64,000 nt of DNA from Eledone cirrhosa (Eukaryota), in assembly GCA_964016885.1 (NCBI GenBank), contig OZ024759.1, positions 21,886,001-21,950,000 of the forward strand. The letters run 5' to 3'. The position numbers were made by a program, and so were the translations under genes. Positions 27,431 to 41,389 of the stretch are shown one piece after another. Numbering within the stretch: position 1 is the stretch's first letter; each line of letters starts with the position of its first letter. Under the pieces are notes generated by a model. The model was given only the letters and a program-made list of their open reading frames with translations. It did not search any database and was not told the DNA's origin.

Positions 27431-28224
27431 TCAGATATTCTCTCCTATACTACTTATCGGGTGGAGGATCAACATTTGTATCCTCCTTTCAGAACTAAGA
27501 TATCTTAACAAATGAATGCATCACAGAGGGAGGGGAACATTTCCACATCTTTGGGGTAAGGTTAAATCACTGTAACCCCTTTTAACGCCTTCTACATTCT
27601 CTCTTCCCATTTTCACCGCCGCTGCATTTGTTGATCGTCAAAATATCCATTATTACTTTTCTCTAGACTGAGGGCGGTGGACTGGCAAAATCGGTAGAGC
27701 GTCGGACAATATGCTTTACGGCATATAACTACATCAAATTCCGCCGAGGGTATCTTTGCCTTTCATCCTTAGGGGGTCGATAAGATAAAGTACCAGTAAC
27801 GCAGTGGAGTGGATTTAATTGACTTTCCCTTCGTATAAAAAATCGTCGGCATTGTGCCTAAATCAGAAACCATTATTCTCTAGGCTTTAAAGACGGCGGA
27901 TTGAATGAGTCGGTAGATCGTCGGAAAATGTGAAGCACTTATTTTTTCTGTGTGGTTACATTCTGAGTTCAAATCCCACTGAGGTCAACTTTGCCCCTTT
28001 TCATCCTTCCGAGGTTGATAAAACAAAGTACCAATTAAGTACTGGTGTCGATATAATCGACTTTCCCCTTTCCCTCAAATTGCTGGCCCTTTGCCTAAAG
28101 TAGAAAACATTATTCTATAAACCTTGAGAGTGAGGAATTGGCAGCATGGGTAGAGCATCGGACAACGGACAAAATCTTTACGACTTTCTACGTTCTGAGT
28201 TAAAATCTCTAAACAAATAACCAT

Positions 28225-28497
28225 AGTATAGGATCTGTGATCTCTTAATTCGAAGAAGTAGTGGCTCTGCCTGGAGCGACTCTCCAGCGATTCTTTCCTG
28301 AGACATTCTAACCACATGCCCATAGTATCGGAGCTGTGATCTCTTAATTCGGAGAAGTAACGGCTCTACCTGGAGCAACTCTCCAGCGATTCTTTCCTGA
28401 GACATTCTAACCATATCCCTATAGTATCGGAGCTGTGATCTCTTAATTCGGAGAAGTAGCGGCTCTACCTGGAACAACTCTCCAACGATTCTTTTTT
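28225..28497 (-). mobile_element. Tandemly triplicated fragment of the Rex3/Expander-like LINE
   Basis: EPLLLRIKRSQLRYYGHVVRMSQERIAGE repeated about 3 times; matches 62970-63058. Confidence 0.82.
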
Positions 28498-28987
28498 TCT
28501 CGCCACATTCTAATTTTATCATTACCAAACATTTTACTCTTTCTTACACTGACTCAATTACCTTCTCCCAGTCGTTATCTATTCTTTTAAAACATTTAAG
28601 TGTGTTCTTGGATTTTATTATTTTTGCTACTTTCGATCAGTTTGATATTTGTTTTTCATTTTCCTTCCAATCTTCTTTGTCATGTCTAAAGATATCGATT
28701 TTCTGCTCAAATGATTGATTTATTTTCCCCACAATGTTTTAAAATCTGGTTTTATGTCGTTTCTTTACTTACACTGATAATCAGAGAAAGCGATGTTTCT
28801 CACCTTAAATGATGCCATTAATACTGACTTCCAGCTGTAGCTTTACTTTTAGATTTCATTAACACATTCACTAACTCGACTAGAAATCTATAAACAAACA
28901 TTACAGTATTTTAACAGAAGCTGTGAGAAATATTAATGTAAACGCACCTTTATATGTATAAGCATGTATGCACACACATATGTATGT

Positions 28988-29027
<40 letters not shown>

Positions 29028-29212
29028 TAACCTAATTAGTTCTTTCGTTGTTTTTGGTAATGTATGGTTGGGTTTTGCCTACAGCAATTTTCAATTTGTC
29101 AAGCTTTTTAAACGTAATGTTATTACTCTTATTGAGTGCTTTGCTACTCATTCCTTATTGTAGGTCGACTTTGCTTGGCCAGAACCAAAGCTTCGATTTT
29201 ACTAAGCTTCCA

Positions 29213-29286
<74 letters not shown>

Positions 29287-29301
29287 CATGTAAAACATAT
29301 A

Positions 29302-29495
29302 CGAGTCGCGAGTGAAAAGTTCATAGGCTGAGTATGAAGGAATGATGCTAGAGCTGTGAAATCTTGCATGCATTAATTTCAACACTTCTTATTAATAACT
29401 GCATTGTTTCTTTCCGGGGACTATGTTGAAATATAAACCTCATTTGGTCATTCCTTGAGAGTGTCTTGATCAGCTTATGAACTTTTTAGCCCTCG
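29302..29495. mobile_element. Second copy of the mariner-type MITE
   Basis: CGAG...AAAAGTTCATAGGCTGA...CAGCTTATGAACTTTTTAGCCCTCG; the body matches 24220-24390. Confidence 0.78.
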
Positions 29496-29914
29496 AATCC
29501 CCCTACCTAGAACCCAGAAATAATTGTATATAAAAGGATCACGGGACATCTGTCCACACTTTAGATGTGAATCACGCATGAAAACTCACATATCTGAGGA
29601 GATGTCGAAGAAGAGTTGTTGCCATTGTTCTGTGTGTCCCCTCCATTCGGTTAGTTTACTTCGTTTTTTCCTCTTTCCTTTTTTCTCTTTCTCCCTCTCA
29701 CTTCACTATCTTATCTTTTCTTCCCCTCAGGGCCTTTTGATTGATAAAAGGCCTTGTGCGCGTTGCTGATCGATTTCGAAGTCCTGTTTTAAGCGCCGAA
29801 ACACCTATGATCTGCAGTTAACAGCTGATGAAGGGTTTCTTCTCTTGTTTCGTCCATATTACCAACTTAAACTTTGTTTACAGTAACCACACAGTTTGCT
29901 TCGTTTCTTGTAAT

Positions 29915-30011
<97 letters not shown>

Positions 30012-30814
30012 AACCCCACACGACATGTATATTTAATTATAAATGATGTTATAAACATCATTCACTCTGTTGTAATAGAAGTTATTATTTTCTACTTTGG
30101 CAAAATAACAGAAGAACTGAAAACAGAGAAACTGCTGGTTTAGTGTCGGTGTGTTGGTTATGTTTTTAAAGAAGGGTGGGGAGTAGATTGTAGTGAGAGA
30201 GGGGATGGGAGAGGTTTGTAGAGAGTAGTGAGAGAGGGAGGGAGAGTAGTAGAGAGTAGTGAGAGAAGGGGAGAGGAGAGGGTAGTAGAGAGTAGTGAGA
30301 GGGGGAAGAGTGGTAGAGAGTAGTGAGAGAGGGGAGGGGAGAGGTTGGTTGAGAGTAGTGAGAGAGGGGAGTGGGGAGGGTGGTAGAGAATGGTGAGCGG
30401 GAGAAAGTGCTGGGTGAGGAGGAAAAGTAGAAAGAGAGAGACTTAGACAATAGTGAGAGAGAGCTAAAGGTAGAGAATGGTGGGAGAAAGAGAGGTAGAC
30501 AAGAAAAAAAGAAATAAACAAAGAAACAAAGAAACAAAGAAAGAAGGAAAGAAAGAAAGAAAGCGAAAAAGAAAGTGAGAAAGAAAAATGGTGAAAGTGT
30601 TTAGCGAGGAAGCCATTGTATCGTGTTACGTTCACATGTTTTAATAGTAAAGCTGACACAATATAAGATAGAGACGTCCTTCAGCACACTAACAGTGACA
30701 TTCTCGGGATATTGAGATATTGGGGCAGGCAAATACTTTCTAAAGAGCGATGCATGTCTTGGACTGTTTCCAAATATTTAACAATAGCTGGGTCATGAAA
30801 AGACGACAGATCAT

Positions 30815-31425
30815 CAGAATGGAGCAAGGAAACGCTGTTTCTATTAGTTTTTCCATTGCTGATACTATCTGTCAGTTACTACCCCTGGCAGAATTTTAAT
30901 CGGACCAAGGAAACAATGTTTCCATTAGTCTTTCCATTGCTGATACTATCTATCAGCAACGACTCTTAGCAGAATTTAGATCGGACCAAGGAAACAATGT
31001 TTCCATTAGTCTTTCCATTGCTGATACTATCTGTCAGTCCAGAATTTAGATCGGACCAAAGAAACAATGTTTCCATTAGTCTTTCCATTGCTGATACTAT
31101 CTGTCAGTCCAGAATTTAGATCGGACCAAAGAAACACTATTTCCATTGGTCTTTCCATTGCTGATACTATCTGTCAGTCCAGAATTTAGATCGGACCAAG
31201 GAAACAATGTTTCCATTAGTCTTTCCATTGCTGATACTATCTGTCAGTCCAGAATTTAGATCGGACCAAGGAAACAATGTTTCCATTAGTCTTTCCATTG
31301 CTGATACTATCTGTCAGTCCAGAATTTAGATCATTCCTGGTATTCTCTGCCAGTCCTAACTTCTGTCTAAAAAGAGATCGAACCAAAGAAATGATGTTCC
31401 TATTGCTGAAACTATCTGTTAGTCA
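30815..31425. repeat. 70-bp minisatellite
   Basis: TCGGACCAAG at 31191 and 31261; unit ...GAAACAATGTTTCCATTAGTCTTTCCATTGCTGATACTATCTGTCAGTCCAGAATTTAGA. Confidence 0.92.
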
Positions 31426-31850
31426 CAACCCTCCTAATAAAAGCGTCGCCGTTGGCCTTCCTTATTTAAATTTATTTATTCTCATTTTTATACTCACTTA
31501 TCTCTATATAACTTTTTTTGGTTTCTCAACTGTAATAAGTACTAGATACTACCCCTAGTCATTCATGGTTTACTAGCTCTATATGGATGTTTAAATTGAT
31601 TAAATAAATAAATAATTGAAAGTATCTAAAGCTAGCAAAAAGTTTATGGTCACCATCTGATATTAATTCATCAGCATTTCCTTCTTTAATGAGATTCTGT
31701 ACAGGAAACCTTCGAAATAAAACCAAAAAGATATTGCGTGAAATATGTAAGCACCAGAAACAAAAACAGAAGGAAAGGAACTGATCGACTGATTGGAATG
31801 GTGGGGTAGAGGTTCATGCTCAGTTGTATAATTATATATATATATATATA

Positions 31851-31890
<40 letters not shown>

Positions 31891-31944
31891 TATATATATA
31901 TATATATATATACATATATACATATATATATATATATACACATA

Positions 31945-31987
<43 letters not shown>

Positions 31988-32066
31988 GTATATATATATA
32001 TATATATATATAATTATATATATATATATATATAATTGTATATATATATATATATATATATAATTA

Positions 32067-32102
<36 letters not shown>

Positions 32103-32122
32103 ATTGTATATATATATATATA

Positions 32123-32186
<64 letters not shown>

Positions 32187-32250
32187 ATTATATATATATA
32201 TATAAAATTATATATATATATATATATATAATTATATATATATATATATA

Positions 32251-32300
<50 letters not shown>

Positions 32301-32372
32301 ACCACCCCACTCTCAAGAGCGTGAAACTAATAAACCTTTGTTCGTACTGCCTCTCTGTTTTGTACCCGTTCA

Positions 32373-32572
32373 NNNNNNNNNNNNNNNNNNNNNNNNNNNN
32401 NNNNNNNNNNNNNNNNNNNNNNNNNNNNNNNNNNNNNNNNNNNNNNNNNNNNNNNNNNNNNNNNNNNNNNNNNNNNNNNNNNNNNNNNNNNNNNNNNNNN
32501 NNNNNNNNNNNNNNNNNNNNNNNNNNNNNNNNNNNNNNNNNNNNNNNNNNNNNNNNNNNNNNNNNNNNNNNN
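32373..32572. other. Assembly gap (200 N)
   Basis: Run of N between two long (TA)n tracts. Confidence 0.99.
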
Positions 32573-32709
32573 ATCCTCTCCCTAGTATACTATATAAATA
32601 TATATATATAAATATATATATATAAATATATATATATAAATATATATATATAAATATATATATAAATATATATATATAAATATATATATATAAATATATA
32701 TATATAAAT

Positions 32710-32742
<33 letters not shown>

Positions 32743-32750
32743 AATAATAT

Positions 32751-32857
<107 letters not shown>

Positions 32858-32860
32858 AAT

Positions 32861-32933
<73 letters not shown>

Positions 32934-33043
32934 GATAAATATATATATATATATATATAAAAATATATATATATATATAAAAATATATATATATATAGAT
33001 AAATATATATATATATATATATAAAAATATATATATATATATA

Positions 33044-33139
<96 letters not shown>

Positions 33140-33142
33140 AAT

Positions 33143-33191
<49 letters not shown>

Positions 33192-33214
33192 AATATATAT
33201 AGATATATAAATAT

Positions 33215-33286
<72 letters not shown>

Positions 33287-33292
<6 letters not shown>

Positions 33293-33856
33293 CACAGAAG
33301 CGAAAACCAACCAAACAGTGAGTGTGTTCTGTTATTATATCTGGCAGTGGATTGACAGTATCGGTGGATTGGCAGTATCGGTAGAGGGTCGGACGCCATG
33401 CTTTCCAGCATAGTTACGTCCCTTTACCATCTGAGTTCAAATCCCGCCGAGGTTGACTTTGCCTTTCATCCTTACGGGGTCGATAAAATAAAGTACCAGT
33501 AATGCACTGGTAATTGCTGGCCTTGTGCCTAAAGTAGAAACAATTATATCTGGCAATATTATTACATAAATATTACCCTCCCCAAGTATAACAATATTTT
33601 TTTCGACACACGATTTCATATCAAAAACCTCGCAAAACTAATTCATCACCGTTAAAATATATTATATATATATTTATATATATATAATATATTATATATA
33701 TAATATATATATAACGGTGATGAATTAGTTTTGCGAGGTTTTTTATATGAAATCGTGTGTCGAAAAAAATATAGTTATACTTGGGGAGGGTCATATTGCC
33801 AGAATTGATAACAGAACACACTCACTGTTTGGTTGGTTTTCGCTTCTGTGTCTTTT
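33287..33856. repeat. Large inverted repeat centred on (TA)n, left arm interrupted by a SINE; family copy at about 12370-12680
   Basis: AAAAGACACAGAAGCGAAAACCAACCAAACAGTGAGTGTG...CTAATTCATCACCGTTA is mirrored by TAACGGTGATGAATTAG...TTCGCTTCTGTGTCTTTT. Confidence 0.85.
33347..33542 (+). mobile_element. Young tRNA-derived SINE with 13-bp TSD
   Basis: A-box-like TGGCAGTATCGGTAGAG, B-box GAGTTCAAATCC, body GCCTTTCATCCTTACGGGGTCGATAAAATAAAGTACCAG (probably Meta-domain-like). TSD ATTATATCTGGCA at 33334-33346 and 33543-33555. Confidence 0.9.
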
Positions 33857-34327
33857 ATATAGGTTAATTTAATTTATTCGGTCTTCAATGTTACCATTGA
33901 CTGACCAATGGGCAAAAATACAGATATAATATAGTCACAAACACATATATATAGTCTAACAAAGTTCTTTCGTTGCACATCTGCAACATCGTCATTGGTG
34001 CTATTATGTTTCCTCCTGTTGTATTGTATACCTACGCCATCTTTATTTAGTCTGTTTATTTATTTATTTATTTATTTATTTTTGCCTTCTTCTCTGCGCA
34101 TGCGTGTGTATATTGTGTTTGGGTGACTGTGTATTGGTTATTGTATTCTATCTTAGTTTACTAGTGTGAGGTGTTTATATGTGTTTGTTGTCATTGTGCT
34201 TGTGTATGTATTTATTTATTTTTTTTATTTATTTATACTTCTCTTAGGTCAGTATTGTTTGGTTGGGTGTTGTTATTCCATTCATTTTTTCTGTTTAGCC
34301 TTGGCATTCTAAGTTCTATTTCGCTGG

Positions 34328-34402
<75 letters not shown>

Positions 34403-34476
34403 GTTATATATATTTATATATATATATATATATGTACATATATATATATATGTTATATATATTTATATATATGTAC

Positions 34477-34510
<34 letters not shown>

Positions 34511-34694
34511 TATATATATTTATATATATATACATATATATATATGTATATATGTATATATATTTATATGTATATACATATATACACATATATATATATA
34601 TACTACACATATACATACATGTATATAAATATTACACATATATACATATATACACAAGTACTTACATTCATACATACATACATAGATACATACA

Positions 34695-34728
<34 letters not shown>

Positions 34729-34737
34729 CACAAATAC

Positions 34738-34800
<63 letters not shown>

Positions 34801-35095
34801 CAAGGTCTCCCAAAAGATGTATACACACTTCAACAGCATTGAATATAATAATGAATATTATCTGTACAGGTAATCAAAGTGTACATATATTTTTGGGACA
34901 CACACACACACACATAAATATATGTGTGCGGTGTAAACTCCAAGAAGACCAAGTTGAAATGAGTACTCGGGAAACGTTAATTGTGGTTCAACTAAATAAA
35001 ATATATTGATAATATTATTCTAACTTCAACAAATGAATTGTCGAGAATTATTCCGTTGAAGTGAAAATTGAAATAGTAATAATGGCGCTAATACT

Positions 35096-35132
<37 letters not shown>

Positions 35133-35459
35133 CATACATATACATGCATATATATATGCATATATAAATATATATATATACATATATCTACATGCATATA
35201 CACATACATACATTTATATATATATATATATGCACATATGCATACGTATACGCATATACATACACACACGTGTACACATGTGAAGTGGACACGAGGTTAA
35301 ACTACTTGGCTTGTCTTTTTGCTGAAACGTATTCTCAAACGCAACATCAGACGAATTTCATATTAAAATATTAATTAAAATCATTAATTAAGAAATAATC
35401 AGGGAAAAATATTTCTATAAACGTTCATAAGATTTTAGTTGTGAATTATAACATGATAC

Positions 35460-35519
<60 letters not shown>

Positions 35520-35812
35520 AATATATATATATACACAGACACATATATATATATATCCTATACATATATACGTATATATATATACAAATATATATATATA
35601 CACACACACATATATATACGTATATATATACATATATACATATATGTATATATATATACATATATAATATATATACATATATAATATATATATATACATA
35701 TATAATATATATATATAGATACATATATAATATATATATATAGATACATATATATAGGGACATATATATATCTACGTATATATATACATATATGTATATA
35801 TATATATATACG

Positions 35813-35856
<44 letters not shown>

Positions 35857-36086
35857 CGTATATAGAGATACCTATATATAGATACATATATATAAATACA
35901 TATATATACGTATATATGTATATATATACATACATATATATGTATATACATATATATATATACATATATATACGTATATATGTATATATATACATACATA
36001 TATATGTATATACATATATATATATATATACATACATATATATATTCATATATATATATATACATACATATATATATTCATATATA

Positions 36087-36118
<32 letters not shown>

Positions 36119-36158
36119 CGTACATATATATTCATACATATATATATATATACATGCA

Positions 36159-36202
<44 letters not shown>

Positions 36203-36288
36203 TGCATGTATATATATATATATGTATGAATATATATGTACGTATGTATATATATATATACATATATATATATATTTCTATCTATCTA

Positions 36289-36383
<95 letters not shown>

Positions 36384-36518
36384 ATATGTATATATATATA
36401 TGTGTGTGTATATATATATGTGTGTGTATATATATATTTGTATATATATATATATATATACGTATATATAGCTAATAATATTTAGGTAATAATTAAAGGT
36501 ATGCATTGTCATCCAATG

Positions 36519-36572
<54 letters not shown>

Positions 36573-37353
36573 TTAATGCGTTATGATATATGGATGTAAT
36601 GGTATTGAAGTAGTTATAATAATAGGTATGTACTGTATTGTGGTGGAAATATAAACTCCTTTTATCAGTGAATCTTTACAGAATCAAACACTATAAGAAC
36701 AAAGGGGCAATTATTTCATTTTTGAAGAGGGGAAAGGAAGAAAGTGAGATGTTGGGAGAGAGAGAGAGATGTGGGGAGAAGGAGGGATAGAGGGACTAAG
36801 AGAAAGGTGGCGAAAGAGAAGGAGACAGAGACAGAGATGTTGGGAGAGAGAGACAGTGAAAGACAGAGTATGAAAGACAGAGAGCGAGACAGTGAGAGAG
36901 AGAGAGAGAGAGTGATATAGACAGAGAGAGAAAGAGGAAGAGAGAAGGAGAGAGACACAGAGAAAGAGTGGTGACGAGAGATATACAGGGAGAGAGAGTG
37001 AGAGAGGGGGGCAGTTAAATTGAGACAATGAGAGAGAGAGGGGTGGGGAGAGATAGACACAGAGAGGGAGAGAGAGAGAGAGAGAGGGGGGGACGTGAGG
37101 AGTGTTAGACAGAGACAGTGAGAGAGAGAGAAAGAGAGTGAGGTGGGGAGAGAATGAGAGAGACAGACAGAGAGAGAGACTGTGCGTGTGTGTTCCATTG
37201 AGAAAAAAATCAATACGATTCGATTGTGATTAGTAATTATAAAATCTTTATTAGAATCCAGATAGCTAAATAGTAAAAAAAAATCAACAAGCTGCTCATA
37301 CATTAGTAATTAACTTAAACTTGTTGATGAAGATAATTGCTTAGTTTTATAAA

Positions 37354-37395
<42 letters not shown>

Positions 37396-37461
37396 TATAT
37401 ATATATCCACACACACACACATGTATATATAAATTCATATCCATACACACACATATATATA

Positions 37462-37546
<85 letters not shown>

Positions 37547-37565
37547 CCATATCCATACACATGTG

Positions 37566-37842
37566 GAGGCACGTGGCCTAGTTGTAAGAGTGTTGGACTT
37601 ACGATCATAATGTCGTGGGCTCGATTCCTGGGTTTCGTGTTGTGTTCTTGAGCAAAACATTTCATTTCACGTTGATCCAGTATACTCAGCTGAAAATGAG
37701 TACCAGCAATAACCGGCGGTTTAACCCTGCAATGGACTGGCGTCCTGTCTGTCCAGGGGGGAGTCTTTTACTCTCAGTCGCTTCACGCCATGAAACCGGG
37801 ATAAGCATCGGCCAAATGAGCCTTATGGCTTAAGACGGACTT
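37566..37842 (+). mobile_element. CORE-type tRNA SINE, apparently complete
   Basis: tRNA head GGAGGCACGTGGCCTAGTTGTAAGAG...GGCTCGATTCC, CORE-like TGTGTTCTTGAGCAAAACATTT, 3' part CCCTGCAATGGACTGGCGTCCTGT...GAAACCGGGATAAGC. Same head at about 18850-18950, 19935-20056, 47090-47460, 54925-55040(-) and 61112-61229(-). Confidence 0.8.
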
Positions 37843-37880
37843 TAGACTTTTAGATCCATACACACACACACACACATATA

Positions 37881-39159
37881 CAGGGTGGGGCATAAAAATT
37901 GTTACAAAATAAAATGCAAATAGTTCTTGAAAAAAACATTTATTTCAAGATCTGACTTCAACAAATAGTAAGTAATATACTATTAAACAACTGCACAAAA
38001 ATTTATTCGAAATGCTTTCCTCTAACTCTCACTACCGATCGAAGTCTTCTAGGAAAGTCTTCGATGGCTGCACGAACAGTTTCCATGGGTATTTTCTCCC
38101 ATACTTTATTCAGTTCTGATTTTAGAGTTTCAATATTTTGGCTAGCAGTAGAGAAGGCTTCACTCTCAAGACATGACCATAAAGAAAAATCGAGAGGGTT
38201 GAGCTCTGGTGATGTGAGAGGCCACTCTACCTTACTGATCCATGCAGGACAATGGTCTCAACAACACTGTTGTGTTACGCTAGCAGTGTGGCTCGTCACT
38301 CCATCTTGTTGGAGAGTCCAAATGTCATCGCCATAAACAGATGTGCACCATGGCATCAGTGCTCCTTCCAAAATATCCTTTATGTAAAGTTCTTTGTTAA
38401 TTTTAACTCCTTGAGGCACAAAAATCAGAGGAGACTTCTCTCTTTCAGAAATGGCTGCCCAAACCATGTGTTCTTAACACTTTTCCTACACTTGAAGGAA
38501 TTGATTTGAGACTTTTTGCAAGTACTCCATCATTTTGATGATTGTGAGACTGCTGCACAGTGAATAACTTCTCATCTGTAAAGATGATGTTTTGCAACGT
38601 ACCATCCTTGATACGGTTCAATAACATTTTACTCTGGAGAGCCTCTTTTCAATTGTGGCTGCAGAAAGAAGCTGCCTCTTTTTGAACTTATAGGGTGACA
38701 TCCCCAGATCATCTCCTTTGCATAGTTCTCGGTGATGTTTCTGCTTCTTCTGCAATTTTTCTCATGGACCTTCTTGGATTACGCCTTATTTTTTCCCTCA
38801 CACTTTTAACGAGTTTTGGTGTTCTTGAGGTGCGAGAGCGTCCGGATCGAGGTCTGTCTTTGGTCGAGGAAGTTTCCTTAAATCGATCGTTTGTCCTTTT
38901 GATCAACATTCTATTGATCTTAAGAGTTTTCCCCAGTTTAAATATCTCGGGTGGAGTCAGGCCTTTTTCATGCTTCTCTATTATTAATTTTCTTTTCAAT
39001 TCTATGGACATTGCTAATTGTTAATGGCGTAATGTTCTGAAAAATAGTTAATATGGTTATAGTGTATGGATTTGATACAAATATATTAGTTATATTAGCA
39101 ACATAATGTATTTTTAAAATGGATTTAAAACTTTGTAACAGGAATTATGCCCCACCCCG
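37881..39159 (-). mobile_element. Tc1/mariner transposon, DD37D (maT) family, full length
   Basis: 28-bp imperfect TIRs CAGGGTGGGGCATAAAAATTGTTACAAA / TTTGTAACAGGAATTATGCCCCACCCCG, TA at both flanks, transposase inside. Confidence 0.93.
38003..39011 (-). pseudogene. Disrupted DD37D transposase
   Basis: HTH region MSIELKRK...DRPRSGRSRT...IRRNPRRSMRKIA; IIFTDEKLFTV; VWAAIS; WTLQQDG...WPLTSPELNPLDFSLWS. I count 37 residues between the 2nd and 3rd Asp. In-frame stops and frameshifts are present. Confidence 0.9.
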
Positions 39160-39228
39160 TATATCTATATCCATACATACACACACATACATATATACCT
39201 ATATCCATACACACACACATACAGGGCA

Positions 39229-39260
<32 letters not shown>

Positions 39261-39515
39261 GGAATGGCTGTGTGGTCAAGGAGTTAGCATTGCATTTGAA
39301 ACCACATGGTTACGGGTTCAATTCTGACAGTGTGACGTGCAGCTTGGGCGTGTATTTACTATAGCTGTGTCGTTTGCTTTATTTTTTTTTGTTTACTTTT
39401 TGCATATATATATATATACATACAAATATATCTTCCTGCTATATCAAGCGTTAACCTAATACATCCCTTCCATATACTGTACCGATTGTGTTGTTATTTC
39501 TGTTTACCTTTTACA

Positions 39516-39565
<50 letters not shown>

Positions 39566-39986
39566 TATATATATATATGTATGTATATGTATATATGTAT
39601 CAATGGGCATATTTATGTACGTATATATAAATACATGCATATATATATATACGTACATATATATGCCCATAGATACATATATACTGTACATATACATATA
39701 TATATATATACATACATATATGCATATATGCATACATACATATATACATACATATATGCATACATACATATATATATGCATACATACATATATATATGCA
39801 TACATACATATATATATGGATACATACATATATATATGCATACATACATATATATATGCATACATACATATATATATGCATACATACATATATATATGCA
39901 TACATACATATATATATGCATACATACATATATATATGCATACATACATATATATATGCATACATACATATATATATGCATACATA

Positions 39987-40022
<36 letters not shown>

Positions 40023-40427
40023 TATATGTATATATATATACGTATATGTATGTATATTTACATATTTCAAATAATCACAAACATCGCAGAAAAAATATGA
40101 CGAAACAGAATATCACTAATTGCGTTCATAACCCAACAGGTCGTGTACTAGTATATATAAATTATTCAGTGACGTCTTCACGTGAAAAAAACAATACTTT
40201 TTATAGAGTGTTAACACATTTATTGTAGTGTTAACATATTTATTGTAATGTTAACATATTTCATATTTAATATGTGAGGGGAAACATTTTTAATGTAAAA
40301 TTTAACATTTATAAGTCGTGAAATCAGATCGATTTTTCTATTATTTTCTCACCATGAATTTATTTTGAGTTAACAGTAACCAGCCTACTTCAAGATAAAG
40401 ATGTTACTGGAATTATTAATATATTCT

Positions 40428-41368
40428 TTGATTCTTTTACTGGTTCAAGTCTGCGACCAGGCTGGAGCACCGCCTTCAATGAATTTTGTCCATCATATCG
40501 ACCTCTGTTCTTTTAATTTTTTTTTTTTTTTTTACTAGTTCCAATAGTAAGACTGCGACCGTGCTGTGGCAACACCTTCAAGGAATTTAGTCCTAATATC
40601 GACCCCTGTTCTTTTGATTCTTTTACTGGTTCCAGTATTTTGACTGTGGCCATGCTACAGCACCACCTTCAATGAATTCAGTTGATGATATCGACGCATC
40701 TTCTTTGTTTATACTTTACGATTCTTTTATTCTTTTACTGGTTCAAATCATAAGACTACGGCCATGCTATAGCACCACCTTCAAGGAATTCAGGCGATCA
40801 TATCGGCCCCTCTTCTTCGCTCATATTCTTGGATTCCTTTACTGGTTCCAACTCTAAGACTACGGTCATGCTACGGCATCACCTTGATGGAATTCAGTCG
40901 ATCATATCGATCCTCTTCTTTGTTCATATTCTTAGATTCTTTTACTGGTTCAAGTCATAAGACTGCGGCTATGCTACAGCACCACCTTGAAGGAATCCAG
41001 GCGATCATATCGATCCTCTTCTTCGCTCATATTCTTAGATTCTTGTTCTGGTTCCAATTGTAAGACTACGGCCATGCTACGGCACCACCTTGAAGGAATC
41101 TAGGCGATCATATTGGCCCCTCTTCTTTGCTCATATTCTTAGATTCCTTTACTGGTTCCAACTCTAAGACTACGGCCATGCTACGGCATCACCTTGATGG
41201 AATTCAGTCGATCATATCGATCCTCTTCTTCGCTCATTCTTAGACTCTTGTTCTGGTTCCAACTCTAAGACTACGGCCATGCTACAGCACCACCTTGAAG
41301 GAATCCAGTCGATGGTATCAACCTCAGTACTTAGTTTATATTCTTTTAATCTTTTACTGGTTCCGGTA
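40428..41368. repeat. ~103-bp minisatellite
   Basis: GACT(A/G)CGGCCATGCTAC.GCACCACCTTGAAGGAAT recurs near 40861, 40964, 41067, 41171 and 41272. Confidence 0.9.
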
Positions 41369-41389
41369 AAATGATAATGTTGAACGTAA

